Source: Callorhinchus milii | Lineage: Eukaryota | Direction: 5' to 3' | DNA: 64,000 bases | Assembly: GCF_018977255.1 (NCBI RefSeq) | Contig: NW_024704743.1 | Location: 14,448,001-14,512,000 of the forward strand | In this document: in pieces, positions 1 through 12,345 of the stretch | Layout: every line of letters begins with the position of its first letter | How positions within the stretch are numbered: position 1 is the first letter of the stretch | Translations under genes and position numbers: made by a program | The notes under the pieces: model-generated | Told to the model about the DNA's origin: nothing | Databases searched by the model: none | What the model saw: only the letters and a program-made list of their open reading frames with translations

Positions 1-110
1 GCCTGTAGGACCGTTTTGTCTTAAATTAAGAAGAGTGGAAAAGGTGGGGAGAGGGGCGCTCGGAGTGGGTAAAGTGGGGTGGGGGTGAGAACAATCTACT
101 TCCATCCATA

Positions 111-431
111 TAATAATAATAATAATAATAATCCTTGCATTTGATATAGCGCTTTTCACGTCGGGAGGACGTCCCAAAGCGCTTCACAGAACACACTGTA
201 AAGTGAATTGACTGTATATTTGTGGGCGAACGCGGCAGCCAATTGCGCACAGCAATGTCCCACAAACAGTCGTAGATTGAAAATGACCAATTTAATTATT
301 GTTTTTTTTGGAGGGATTATTATTAGGCTCTGTGTGGAGTAAGGAAACTTGCCCAAGGTTTCGCCCTGCCTGGAATTGAACTCAGGTCTCTCACTTGCAA
401 AGCGAGTGCTCTAACCACTGAGCTACAGGAC
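111..431 (-). mobile_element. Young tRNA(Ala)-headed Deu-domain SINE with L2-type tail
   Basis: Minus strand reads GTCCTGTAGCTCAGTGGTTAGAGC (A box), GGTTCAATTCC-like B box, Deu core GTGGGACATTGCTGTGCGCAATTGGCTGCCGCG, L2-like tail GGGACGTCCTCCCGACGTGAAAAGCGCTATATCAAATGCAAGG and (TTA)n. Near-identical to other copies in the window. Confidence 0.93.
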
Positions 432-1094
432 AAATGAGCGTTCAGTGTGATACAGATTGATGAAGTAAAATTTCACCTGTGAGAAATTTCCCAAATTGTG
501 AGTCTCACATGGTAATAATAAAATTTCACAAAAGATTTGAGGGATTGAACCTAATAAAAGTACAGATTATTAATAAACACAAAGCAAGACAGCCGAAGTA
601 AAAATTCCCAATGTGTCACTAGATTTATTGAATTAGTCACTTATTCCTGTGCTTCCAGGTTCATTCTATTAATTATTTATCCTACCCAGTCTCTGGAGAT
701 AGAGAACTGAGTTAGTTTTCTCATTTCCCCCGACACATGCCTGTTCAAAAGAAAATTAGTGAGAATAATTTCAAGTTAAAAACCTCAGCATACACAAGTG
801 AATCAATCTGCTTCACCAACACGTGTTGAACCTCAACAAAACTGACAATAAGCATACTGAGGGCAAAAAAACAACAATTACATAAAGCACTCTTCATGCA
901 GGTAGCATCTCAAAGTCAGTGAGCAGTCAGACTGTTCAGCTCCCAATGCACGGATCAAAGGAGATATAAACCTCCCAGATCATAAAATTGTAAGTTCAAA
1001 ATCCCTGCAAATACAGTCATGACACTTTACAGGCCATCCCATGAAGTGATTTGAGACATCCTCTCATTGTGAAGGTACTATATCAAAGGTAAGA

Positions 1095-1235
1095 ATTTAT
1101 TGTTAAATACCCCAGTTTGGCCTGAGTTAGCTGTTCTCAGGCAGAGCAGCAGTTGGTTTCAGTGTCCCTGATCTATAGAAGGGAAATTATTTAGGATTCC
1201 TGCTCCAATCACTAGAAAATTAAGTGAGTGTTTGG
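1095..1235 (+). mobile_element. Degraded ancient SINE fragment, LF-SINE-like
   Basis: CTGAGTTAGCTGTTCTCAG...CAGTGTCCCTG...GGGAAA...GATTCCTGCTCC resembles an old chondrichthyan SINE body. Recognised from memory only. Confidence 0.35.
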
Positions 1236-1574
1236 GAAGGGTAAGATTATCTAAGTCTTTAACCCAATATACAATCATTGTATTATACAAAAACAATAGT
1301 TTTAGAAACAAAATCTGAATGATAATTGGCAAGTGGTAAAAAATAGACAGATTTCTATAACCATTTATGGTCCAAGAAAAGCCCTTTTAAGAAAAATAAA
1401 TTCATGCTATCACCAAAAAGGATTGAATGAAAAAGGATCTTTCGCCGATTTAATCTTATTCTTTCACAATATCAACCCTACCATCTTCCAATTATAGCAT
1501 CAAGCTATTCTTTGAATGAGTCAAAAGTCCTGGACTCTATCACTCTTTCTGATAATCATTCCAGCTATTGATAG

Positions 1575-1950
1575 CCCTCTGTGTAAAGGAATATGTCCTG
1601 CTGTCTATCCTAAATTTTCTTTTCACAATCTTGAAACCATGACCTGTTGTCCTGTTGTCGTGCCCTATACAAAAGCATTGCTTTGGGTTGATTTCTCTAC
1701 TCCTTTAGTCATCCTGTATTTCTATAAGGACCCCTCAGAAACCTCTTGTCTCATGGCTGAATAGTCCAGGTTCTGCAGTCCTAATACACCAGCCTTTTAA
1801 CACTGGGGACCGTCTTTGTTGCTCTCCTCTGCATTGCCTCTGAGCCCATTATGTTGTGCCAATTAGAACTGCACATGGTTCGCCAGTTGTGCCCTGACCA
1901 GCGGACCATACAGCTTGGTTGGCATTTGTTCAGATCTGATGGATGACCTG
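1575..1950 (-). mobile_element. Old CR1-clade LINE ORF2 3' fragment
   Basis: Minus strand gives decayed CR1 C-terminal motifs, e.g. 'EAMQRRATKTVPSVKRL'. Confidence 0.6.
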
Positions 1951-2419
1951 TTCTTAGCTCCATACCAATGGAAATTCCATTAGGGCCAACATTGTAATAA
2001 ATAAGCACCGACAAGGCTGCTTGCTTTGTCATATCAATGTTCACAGTGCAACAATGAGATGGATTGCTTTCCTTCCACTTCACTGGATGTGATTATTCTC
2101 CTGCATACAATGCTAATTTTGGACAAGGTCATTCAAATTAGATCTGATCCGTAATTCTGACTCGAGTTACTTTGTGAGGTTTCTGGGTCCTTTATGTATT
2201 TAGATTGGTAACCTTTAGAAACCACAAGTGGGAGAAGACCTTCTACTTTCATTATTGTTTGACTGCATAATATGTTTTTTGATAGACAGAGAAGTATGAA
2301 AAAGCAAAAATAGCTCTCCTGAAGGATATTACATGTGACCTGCCAACTCTTTTCCAGCCTGTCAATTGCTGGAATGCTCAGTGAAAGAAAATAATAATCC
2401 TTGCATTTAATATAGGCCT

Positions 2420-2554
2420 TACCCTCCCTGCCCTCCACCCCTGCTGATCCCAAACCCAACCCAAGATCAGGTCCAAATCCCTGACTATCCAGAACCTTTT
2501 GGACGTCATATCGACGTGAGAAGGCACTATACAAATGTAATTTTTTGTTATTAT
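2420..2554 (+). mobile_element. L2 LINE 3' end
   Basis: C-rich 3' UTR followed by GGACGTC..GACGTGA..GGCACTATACAAATGTAATT tail, matching the other L2 copies. Confidence 0.75.
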
Positions 2555-2757
2555 TGGGAACACTCAGCAGTTCAGGCAGCATCTATGGAGAAAGGAAAGT
2601 GAGTCAACATTTTGGGTCCACGACTCACTGACTCACTTTCCTTTCCAGAACTGACTCACTTTCCTTTCTCCAATAGATGCTGCCTGACCTGCTGAGTGTT
2701 CCCAGTGACTTTTGTTTTTGTTTCAGATTGCCAGCATCTGCAGTATTTTGTGTTTTG
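2555..2757. mobile_element. Penelope-like terminal repeat, two copies in inverted orientation
   Basis: 2555-2606 is the near-perfect reverse complement of 2652-2704. Same family as 6219-6345 and 26683-26822 (CAGCAGGTCAGGCAGCATC, GATGCTGGAAATCTG). Confidence 0.65.
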
Positions 2758-4059
2758 TTGTTATTATTGTTGCCTTATCATGTGGTCGAGACATCTCAAA
2801 GCGCTTCACAAATTTGTGATCAATTGTATTTGGGGCATTGTTGGCCAGAGCATCTAGAGAAAACCCCTTCTCTTTTTGAATAGTGTGATGGGACGTGAAA
2901 GGCGCTATACAAATGTAATTTGTTGTGCTTGTTAACATCCACTTGAACAAGTAGACAGGAGAGGTAGTGTTATGGAGGTGAGGGAAAGCTGAGTAGGTGA
3001 AAGCCCAGATGTGGGACTTGAAAGACTGTTCAGGGTCAAACAAAACACTAAGCTTTTGCATCTGCTCACCAAGGTGAAGTAGCATCCATCCAGGTTGCTG
3101 CTGTCACATTATATCAACATGTATTTACTAATGCAGATTTCAGGTAATGGCTTTGCAGCAGTCAAATTCAAGATTCAAAATGTTGCTATCAGCTTTCTTG
3201 AGCATTGATCTGCGAAGGAGGGTTGAGGGCAGTCTCCTTAGCCAAAATAATTCAATCCAAGTGATCAGTCTGGAGGGAAATACAAAAAGATACTTATTCC
3301 CATAAAGTACAGCTCAAACCAAATAATTACCTGAACTTTTGTGCTAAATAAAAACAACCAATTTACATTTATTTAGTGCTTTTCACACCTGAAAGGTGCT
3401 CAAGTTATGTCTGTGTGTTTGCGTGTGTGGGGTGGGGGTGGGGAAGGGTGACTATTGATTTTCATTGATGGCAATCATCACACTACAGGTCACATTTTAC
3501 ATCATAGTGACCCTGACCTTGTTATTGAGTTGGGGCTTCACTAAAACTGTGGCAGGAAGCAGACAGACTCTCTAGGATGGGAAGCACAGCAGAGACTCTA
3601 TTTTATCACAGAATCCACATTGCATCTGAAGAGTTTCTGCACCGTTGGACATAATTTCAATATTAAGAGTTATAACATCAACAGCCTTTGTTGACAGGGT
3701 TTAGAAATGAAGCTCGATACCCTTGAACACCGCTCAGAGACTTCGCAAATAAAGAGCTAGGAACTTCGATATAGTGAGAAGAGGGAATCAAGAAAGATTG
3801 CTCCAGGCAGAAGCTATCAAAAAATCCTTTGGGATTAGTGGAAGGGACACGTCAACACTGACAATAGAGATTCAGTTATTTTTATTGAATTTTTTCACAT
3901 ATTCACAATATATCTCTTCTTTATTCTGGTTCTTGTATATGATTTGCTGCACACAGTGCCTACTACAGATAGTTTGCTTTTGCATAAGTCAACAAAAATA
4001 AAGAACAACAACAACAAATTGCATTTACGTAGCACCATTCATGTTGGCAGACTGGATCC

Positions 4060-4221
4060 ATCCATACCTTCAAGTGTGAGGTTGATAGATTTTTGATAGG
4101 TCAGGGAAAGCAGGAAATTGGAATTGAAAGGATCAGTTGAGGTACAGATCAACCATGATCTAATTAAATGGCAGAATAGGCTCGAAGGGCTAATTGGCCT
4201 CCTCCTGTTCCTATGTTCCAT
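4060..4221 (+). mobile_element. CR1/HER1-like LINE 3' end
   Basis: GATCAACCATGATCT..AATGGCAGAATAGGCTCGAAGGGC..TGGCCTCCTCCTGTTCCTATGTTCC tail, as at 62745-62840. Confidence 0.8.
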
Positions 4222-4334
4222 GGCGTTTCAGCATGGTTTAACAATTCCATTATTCAGAAGTCGGAGAAATGGAAGAAGTATTTATTATTTCTGTATTTTT
4301 TTCCTAAACATGACTGTATCTTCAAGTAAAGAGG

Positions 4335-4960
4335 AAACACAGAACAATAGGAACAGGAGAAGGCCATTCAGCCCATTGAGCCTGTTCCACCAATTTAGTC
4401 GATTTTATCAGATCTTTTAATCTCAGTTGCCCGCCCTGTTGCCATTCCCCTTAAATCCTCTAATAATAATAATAATCCTTGCATTTGATATAGCGCTTTT
4501 CACGTCGGGAGGACGTCCCAAAGCGCTTCACAGAACACACTGTAAAGTGAATTGACTGTATATTTGTGGGCGAACGCGGCAGCCAATTGCGCACAGCAAT
4601 GTCCCACAAACAGTCGTAGATTGAAAATGACCAATTTCTTATTGTTTTTGCTTTTTTTTTAGAGGGTTTATTATTAGGCGTGTGGAGTAAGGAAACTTGC
4701 CCAAGGTTTCGCCCTGCCTGGAATTGAACTCAGGTCTCTCGCTTGCAAAGCGAGTGCTCTAACCACTGAGCTACAGGACTCCACGAATACCCAAGAATCA
4801 GTCCATTACTCTTTTAAGTACAGTATCTCTCGATTTCATCTCTACAGCTTTCTGGGGCAGAGTGTTCCACATCTTCATAGATCACTGGGTGAGGAAATGT
4901 TTCCTGACATCAGTTCTTGCCCCAAACCTCAATCTCTCTCTCTTGCTCCCTCTTAACTCA
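4335..4960 (-). mobile_element. CR1 3' fragment interrupted by a SINE
   Basis: Reverse tail AGGAACAGGAGAAGGCCATTCAGCCC; CR1 sequence resumes after 4784 (GTGTTCCAC..CACTGGGTGAGGAAATGTTTCCTG). Confidence 0.7.
4461..4784 (-). mobile_element. Young tRNA(Ala)-headed Deu SINE, full length
   Basis: Complete head GTGGAGTCCTGTAGCTCAG to (TTA)n tail; near-identical to 111-431. Confidence 0.95.
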
Positions 4961-4963
4961 AAG

Positions 4964-5448
4964 GATATTTACCAGGATGCTACCAGGAATGAGGCACCTG
5001 AGTTATGTGGAGAGACTAGAGAAGCTAGGATCGTTTTCCTTGGAGTAGAGAAGATTCAGGAGAAATTTAATAGAGGTGTTCAAAATTATGAGGCGATTTG
5101 ATAGAAAGAACAGGGAGAAACTGTTTCCACTGACGTGTGGGTCGGTAACTAGAGGATACAGATTTAACATAGTTGTCAAAAGAACCAGAGGGGAGATGAG
5201 AACAAATTTCTTCACACAGCAAGTTGTTTGGATCTGGAATGCATTGCATGAAAGGGTGGTGGAAGCAGATTCAATAACAACTTTCAAGAGGGAAGTGGAT
5301 AAATATTTGGGGAAGACAAATTTGCAAGGCTATGGGGAGAGAGTGGGGACGTGGGATTCATTTGGGCAGCTCTTTCAAAGAGCTGGCACGGGCACGATCG
5401 GCCAAAAGGCTTCCAAATGTGTTGTTTAATTCTATGATTCTATGATTC
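4964..5448 (+). mobile_element. CR1/HER1-like LINE 3' fragment
   Basis: ORF 5076-5429 'FKIMRRFDR..EKLFPL..TRG..NFFTQQVVWIWNAL..VVEADSITTFKREVDKYL' is the CR1 ORF2 C-terminus; (TTCTATGA)n tail. Confidence 0.92.
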
Positions 5449-6218
5449 AGATCGCACCAGAAGACATTCCTCTTCGATCCGTCGTAGGGTCAACCCTCCA
5501 ACCCCTTTCTCCTTGAATCAGTTTTGAACTACTGCATTATTCAGCACTATAAAGAGCATCATATAAATGCAAGTTATTGTTGTTGTTTATTATCTTCGTT
5601 CTAAATTTAAGGCTTGTAATGAAAGACATTGAGGTGTATTTTACTACTGAACATCTAACCCCATACAGAAACACGTTTGATCAATGCAGGAGGCCCACCT
5701 GACAAGGCAGAATTTCAGCCATAATATTTGAATGCCCCACAAACGTTAATGTTTTTTACTATCAATTCAGCCAGAAATAAAATTGAAGGCCCCAAATATT
5801 TGATCAAATCAATAGTATAAAAAGCACAATTTTTAAAAATAAAATTCATTAATTGAACAAAAATGAATCATAAAAGAACCTGTCTTTACAAATGAAAACC
5901 TCCTCTGAAAAATGTTTCATCCATGACACTCACAAAATAAACAGTCAATTCACTTTACATTATATTCTGTGAAGCACTCTCGAAGACGTGATAAGGCGCA
6001 ATATTAAATGCAAGGATTATTATTATTATGATTATTATATTATTCCATTCCTCAAGTGGCCATGTGATCTGAACCTTATTTCTGTAAAATCTCTCCAAGG
6101 CTGCAGCCCCACTTATTATGTGCTTATGAAGCGTTGCCTCTGGCTGTCAGCGACCGACTCTCTGTAGAGATGAAGAATGAGGGACGATGAGTGGGTGAGT
6201 ACGGTAAGACATTTAATC

Positions 6219-6345
6219 AAAACGCAAAATACTGCAGATCCTGGAAATCTGAAACAAAAACAGAAGTTGCTGGGAAACTCAGCAGGTCAGGCAGCATCTA
6301 TGGTGCAAGGAAAGTGAGTCAACATTTCAGGTCCACCACCCTTCG
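6219..6345 (-). mobile_element. Penelope-like terminal repeat with decayed hammerhead-like motif
   Basis: Same repeat as 26683-26822; the minus strand starts CGAAGGGTGGTGGACCTGAAATGTTGACT, lacking the CTGA core. Confidence 0.6.
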
Positions 6346-6894
6346 TTGTCATTTAATCACATTGATGTCTTGTTCAAGCATAGTGATAATGTGCTGACAA
6401 GCACATGCGATTAGTCCATTTTATTTCTCTAAATAGATTTGTTAACAACATTTAAATGCTCTGCTGCTTTCACTCAATGAATTATTGGAAATTCTAGTCT
6501 TGTCATGGAAATTCTGAGAGTGTTTCAACCAGGCTGCGCACTAAATAGGCTGTTGATAGGCTGTGACGTTGTCTTTAAATGTTGCATTGATCCATTAATT
6601 GATGACAGTTTTATTATTTTCCATTTATTTTCATATTATTCTCATTGTTTCAATCCAAAATTTCATATCATAATAAGTTTAGAACCACAGACAGAAGAAG
6701 GACATTTGACCTATCATTTTGTATTAACTCTTTGAGTCTAATTACAATGGAACTTTGACCTCATAGTCTCGGCTGATACTCAGGAGGTACTGCATTGTCA
6801 GAAGTGCAACCCTTCAGATGAGATATTAAACAAGTCCATCATCGTAACTAAAAATCTGCATTGTGAGGTGGGCCTACTGGGTGCTAAATGCAGG

Positions 6895-7176
6895 TGTGAA
6901 ATGAATGAACAAATTTATCTGGAGGATTGTTGGTAAGATACCAGATGAAACTCCCTTCTCTTTTTAAATAATGCAATGGAACATCCACCTGAACAGGCAG
7001 ATGGGATCTTGGGTTAAGGTATCTCATCCAAAGGATAGCATCTTTGTCAATGCGGCAGTTCCCCCAGCACTACACTGAAGTGCCAGCCTAGACAATAAAT
7101 TCAACTCCCATGTGGGGATTGAACCCACAACCTTCTGACTCATAGTGAGTGATACTGACTGAGTTAGGCTGACACC
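6895..7176 (-). mobile_element. Older SacSINE1-like Deu SINE
   Basis: Minus strand GTGTCAGCCTAACTCAGT..CAGAAGGTTGTGGGTTCAATCCCCAC..GGATGAGAT..CAGGTGGATGTT. Confidence 0.8.
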
Positions 7177-7440
7177 TTGAGAACCTATGGGTTCTAAATA
7201 ACAGATATTATTATTAATATTATTATCATTATTGTTATATAATCCTTTCATTATTGAATTACCTATCAGTGGTTTCTTGTGTTCCAGCATCCATCTTTGT
7301 TCCTGTCAAAAAATATGAAGATTCTGAATCAATTCAGTCCACCCAGTTTGATGCTGGAAATACACAGTAGTTGTTTGATGAATGGTTTTAATCTCTAGTT
7401 TCGCAGGCATGGAGAATCACCTTTAGGTTGTGGCATCTGT

Positions 7441-8470
7441 CAACAACAACTTCTTACATTCATATAGCGCCCTTCACGCAGGGTAACATCTCGGAGCTCT
7501 TAACAGTGGTGGAGCCTGACGCTGAGCCGGGGGAAGGGGGAGGTGACCACAGGCACGGTTGAAGAGGAAATTCTTCAGGCATGATCTGAAGATGGGGAAG
7601 GAGGGAGCAAGGCAGAGGGATTGAGGAAGAGAATTCCAAAGTTTCGGGGTATGGTGGCTGAGAACACAGTAGTGGATAAGATGGGACGAGGGACAAGCAA
7701 GAGGCTGGTGCCAAGGTGGGGGGCAGTGGATTGGGGAGTAAGCAGGGCAGAGAAGTAAGGAGGTGCCAGAGCATGAAGGGATTTGTAGACAAGTGTGAAG
7801 ATCTTGACATCGATCTGTTCTGTGATAGGGAGCCATGGAGCCTGGCAAGGAACTGGTGTGATGGGGATACGGAGTTTAATGCAGGTATATATGGGTGGCA
7901 GAGTTTTGAATTAGTTGGATTTTGTGAATAGTGCAGCTGGGGAGATCGGTGAGGAGGTTCAATGGAATAATCGAGACAGGAGGTGACAAAAGCATGGATG
8001 AGGATTTCGACAGCATTGGGTGTGAGGTATGGTCAGAGGAGGGCAATATGACGGAGGTGGATGAAAGCAGTTCCTGGTCAAGAACTGGATGTGGGGTAGG
8101 AAGGACAGTCAGGGATTGATCCTGACATCTGGATTGGGTATAGGTTGGGTAAGTTTTAGGGATAGGCTGAGGAGGTTTAGGAGGTCAGAGCTGCAGGAGA
8201 GAAGACTGATGGGAGACAAGGAGTATTGGTATCTGTCTCGTGAACTGCAGGAAATTGCGCTAATCCAGGCCTTGATATCTGACAAGCAAGTTGACAAATT
8301 ATCAGTGGAGCTGGAGTCATAGCTGAAGGAGGAGAAGTAGATTTGGGTGTCATTCGCAGGCATGTAAAAGTTGACGTTGTGTCTGTGGATGGCATCACCG
8401 ACACAAAGCATGTAAATAAGAAAAAAAAGAGGTTCAAGGAGGAGCCTTGGGGTACAAGGAAGGAGCATTG
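7441..8470 (-). mobile_element. Old L2 LINE 3' fragment
   Basis: Minus-strand RT motifs 'VPQGSSL', 'FYMPANDTQIY', 'LSTCLSDIKAWI'; tail GTGAAGGGCGCTATATGAATG..(GTT)n. Confidence 0.85.
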
Positions 8471-8817
8471 GGGTACAGCTGTTTCTAATGGGATATATGC
8501 TTGAGATGTTATTGATGGTATCTTGCAAACTGAACTTATCACCTTTCTTTAATTGCAAATGTGTGAGGCCTTGTAGACTTTAGCAGGAAATAACTATTCT
8601 TATTCCCTACCTTGAACTGGAAAACTATCATTCAGCTTTTCACTTGGAAAATTGAACCAAGCATTCCTGGGCAATATTATGGGCAGCTAAATGATTTAAA
8701 GAGGAGACTTTGTTACAGATGGAGTTCTTTCAGTAGCTGTTGGTAAACAGTTTGATCATGAGCCCCCACGAGGGAGATGGGATGCTACCATCTGACCCAG
8801 AGTACCAGTGTAAACAC

Positions 8818-9439
8818 TTCCACCTCAGGCTGCCGAGACCCTCATACACACATTCAAAATATTCAGGCCCGACAACGCAAACTCCCTGCTTGTCGGCCTC
8901 CCCAACTCCTCCCTCCATAGGTTACAGATCATCCGGAACTCTGTAGCCCATGTCCTCTCCCCGCACCAGGCTCTATCACCTCCATCCTTGCCCAACTCCA
9001 CTGGCTTCCCATCACCCAGAGGATACAGTTCAAAATCCTGGCCCTCACTGTCAAAGCCCTCCATGGCCTAGCTTCACTCCTACCTCTGCAACTTCCTAAT
9101 CCCTACCAACCTACCCACTCCCTCCGCTCAGCGTGCTCTGGCCTGCTTCACATCCCCTACCTCGCCCGTTCCACCATTAGGCAGGCGGGCCTTCAGCCAC
9201 TCTGCGCCCACCCTCTGGAACTCCATCCCGCAGTCCTCCACCTCGCTCCCTCCCTTGTCTCCTTTAAGACCTGTCTTTACAACCTCCTCTTTGGCCGTGC
9301 CTTCGGTCACCTTCTTCCCGCCCTGCCCTCCACCCTCCCCAATCCCAAACCCCAGTTTGGGTCTGAAACACTGATTATCCAGCACTTGAGACGTCCTCCT
9401 GATGTGAAAGGCACTATACAAATGTAATTGTGTTGTTGT
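8818..9439 (+). mobile_element. L2 LINE 3' fragment
   Basis: L2 ORF2 end (ANSLLVGLPNSSLHRLQIIRNS..LHWLP..IQFKI) plus 3' UTR and (TTG)n tail. Confidence 0.92.
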
Positions 9440-9780
9440 CGTAGAGTGTTTTAACAATCAAATCTAAATAATAGACATTATAATGATCTTTACATTTGAT
9501 ATGTCACTTTTAAAAAATTTAAAAAACATTTCATAGCATTTCACAGGATTTATTGCAGAGTGTAGTAACTATGTTTTTTATTGGAGAACCTGACAGCCAA
9601 GTGTATACAGCAATGTCCCACAAATAGCCATGAAGACACGGACACACTTTTATCTGGGGATCCTTGTACAATTTATTCCAAATGTCTATAAATACATACG
9701 TGATATAGTGTGATCTTCAAACGTCCACCTGACATCTTCCATTTCTGAATCTCCACTTTGTTTCAGCTATGTCTGCTTAG

Positions 9781-9799
9781 GAGTGCCATCTGCTGCCCC
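9781..9799 (-). promoter_or_regulatory. Candidate CTCF site
   Basis: Minus strand GGGGCAGCAGATGGCACTC; one mismatch to CCASYAGRKGGCRS. Confidence 0.4.
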
Positions 9800-10029
9800 A
9801 TTGTAGAAGTGGACCTTTCAAAATAATGCGCTATAGCCTTTTTCTGTGTATTCCTCTTACTGACCAGCAAGCCTCTGAGTCAGAAGATTGTGGGATCTAG
9901 CCCCACGTGACAGCTTTGAGTTCATGATCTGACATTCCAGTGGAGTGCAGGTGGAAAGGCAACATTGTTGGATCCCCTTCCAATTAAATTCAAAACCAAG
10001 GTTCAGGTAGATGTTTAAGATCATCATCA

Positions 10030-10440
10030 ACGACAATAACTTGCATTTATATTGTGCCCTTCACACAGGGCAGCGACTCGGAGCCCTTAACATTGGCGGA
10101 GCCTGATCCTGAGTTGGGGGGTGGGGTGGGGGTGATACCGTAAGCATGGTTGAAGACATATCCAGTGGTGATCTAAAAGAAGGGAAGGAGGGGGCAAGGC
10201 AGAAGGAATGGGGAGAGAGTTCCAAAACTTCCGGGTATAGTTTCAAAACTTTAGGGTATGAAAGCGCGGCCACCAATGGTAGAGCAGACGAAATGAGGGA
10301 CAAGCAAGAGGCCAGAGCCAGCCAAGCAGAGGCAGCGGGTAGTGGAATGGGGAGAAAGCAGGTCAGAAAGCGAGGGAGCTGCCAGCACATGAAGGGACTG
10401 TAGATAAGTGAGAGGATCTTGAAATCGCCCATGGGACTGA
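10030..10440 (-). mobile_element. Old L2 LINE 3' fragment
   Basis: 'STIGGRAF' motif and L2 tail; same subfamily as 7441-8470. Confidence 0.8.
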
Positions 10441-11369
10441 TTGACAAAACAGAAGGGAGTTTCTTTTGGAGTCCTAGCCAACAATTCCCCAGAGAAAATA
10501 AATGGTCATTCACTTCATGGCTATTTGTGTTACATTGCTGTGTGCAAATTGGTTGCCACATTCATATATGAACTACACAGCCATTACATATTGTAGAAAA
10601 GTGCTTTGATACTTGATACATCAAATGCAAGGAATCTTATAGGTGAGTGTGCATCCAAGAGTCAGAAACACAATTGGCATGGTAGACTTATCCCATTATA
10701 AAAGTAATCTAGTCACCATGTGGGGAATTATATTTCTTTCTTTCAGGATTTCATCTGGAATTTGCTTGCATCATTAGAATTGCAGCAACTAAAAAAAAAT
10801 TCAACATAACTTGGTCCTTGTTTGAGAATTATGCATTCAATACTGAACTAGTTAAATTCAGTCTCAAACAAGTCATTTTTGGGAGAGAAAAAAATCTTTA
10901 AGAAGAAAAGTTAGAGCTGTAAAAGGAGAGAGAAAAACAGATTGGCTTGATCCCAGTAATCTCCTGTGGGAAATTAATTAATATATCCCCTTAATGCTGT
11001 AACGATCGTTACTATGGTAGGTAGTCTCTTGGGCAGACTCTGTTTATTCAGGTTAATGCTATGTTTGTACAGTGAACAGTATCAGGTTTACAATCAATGG
11101 AAAATCAGGTATGATTTATGTCTGAAAATCTGATCCTTGGTTTATGGTTTGTGGTGTTTTCCTCGCTGAGTTCTGGGCACAGCTGCTGAATTGAGTTTAA
11201 TTGGTGCTAAAAACAGCAGTTTGCTCAGCTTGAACCACAGAACCCCCTGCCCTGTGCTATCTATTGCAGCATTGTTGAGAGAAGGAGCAAGTTATCTGAA
11301 GAGAACAGCAAAAAGCTACCAGCAGTCACGTGAAGAGGTGGAAAATAAACAGAAAATGAAAAAGGGGTT

Positions 11370-12345
11370 CAAGAGCAGAGAGACCTGAGCGTTCACATTC
11401 ACAGATCTTTAAAGGTGACAGGACAGGTTGATAGAACTTTTAATAAAAATTATGGGATCCTTGGCTTTTATAGATTCAGGCAGAGAGTACAAAAGCAAGA
11501 AAGTTATGCTAAACCTTTACAACTCACTGGTTAAGGCCTCAGCTGGAGTATTTTGTCCAATTCTGGGCACCACACTTCAGGAAGGATATCAAGGCCTTGG
11601 AGAGGTGCAGAGGAGATTTACCGAAATGGTACCAGGGATGAGGGACTTTAGTTATGAGGAGAGACTAGAGAAGCTGGAATTGTTCTCTTCAGAGCTGATG
11701 TAATAGAGGTGTTCAAAATTATGAGGAGTTTTGATAGAGTAGATAGGGAGAAACTCTTTCCACTGGCAGATGGTTGGGTAACCAGGAGACATGGATTTAA
11801 GATAATTAGCAAAAGAACCAGATGGGAAATGAGGAGAATTTTTTCTACACAGAGAGTTGTTACGGTCTGGAATGCGTTGCCTGAAAGGGAAACAGATTCA
11901 ATAGCAACTTTCAAAAGGGAATTGGACAGGTACTTAAAATGGAAACATTTGCAACAACAACAACAACAAGATTCCCTTTATAGAGCGTCTTTCACGTCGG
12001 GAGGACGTCCCAAGGCGCTGTACAGTTGGGTCAGGACCCAAGCAGGGGGGAAATGGTCAGGGTGAGGGAAGGGAAGGGAGGGAGCGAGGAGGGAGTAGAG
12101 AGTCGAGAGAGGAATGGCCTTGTAGGTGAGGATGAGGATCTTGCATTCGATCCTCTGGGGAATGGGAAGCCAGTGGAGTCGAGCGAGGGTGGGAGTGATG
12201 TGGTCGCGAAGCCTGGCCACAGCGAAGGATATGGGGATAGAGCGGGGATGTGGGACTGATTGCGTAGCTCTTCCAAAGAGTCGGCACAGGCACGAGGGGC
12301 CGAATGGCCTCCTTCTGTTCTGTAATATTCTATGATTCTAAATTT
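11370..12345 (+). mobile_element. CR1 3' fragment interrupted by a young L2
   Basis: 'REYKSKKVMLNLYNSLV', 'VQRRFTEMVPGMRDFSYEERLEKL', 'STQRVVTVWNALP'; 3' UTR and TTCTATGATTCTA tail resume after 12220. Confidence 0.92.
11952..12220 (-). mobile_element. Young L2 3' end with internal deletion
   Basis: (CAA)n tail; '[32 protein letters not shown]' is joined directly to the 3' UTR. Confidence 0.92.

Noticed and set aside
11073..11108. 36-nt AG..GT micro-exon-like segment on the + strand
   Set aside because: Weak polypyrimidine tract and no neighbouring exons or recognisable peptide.
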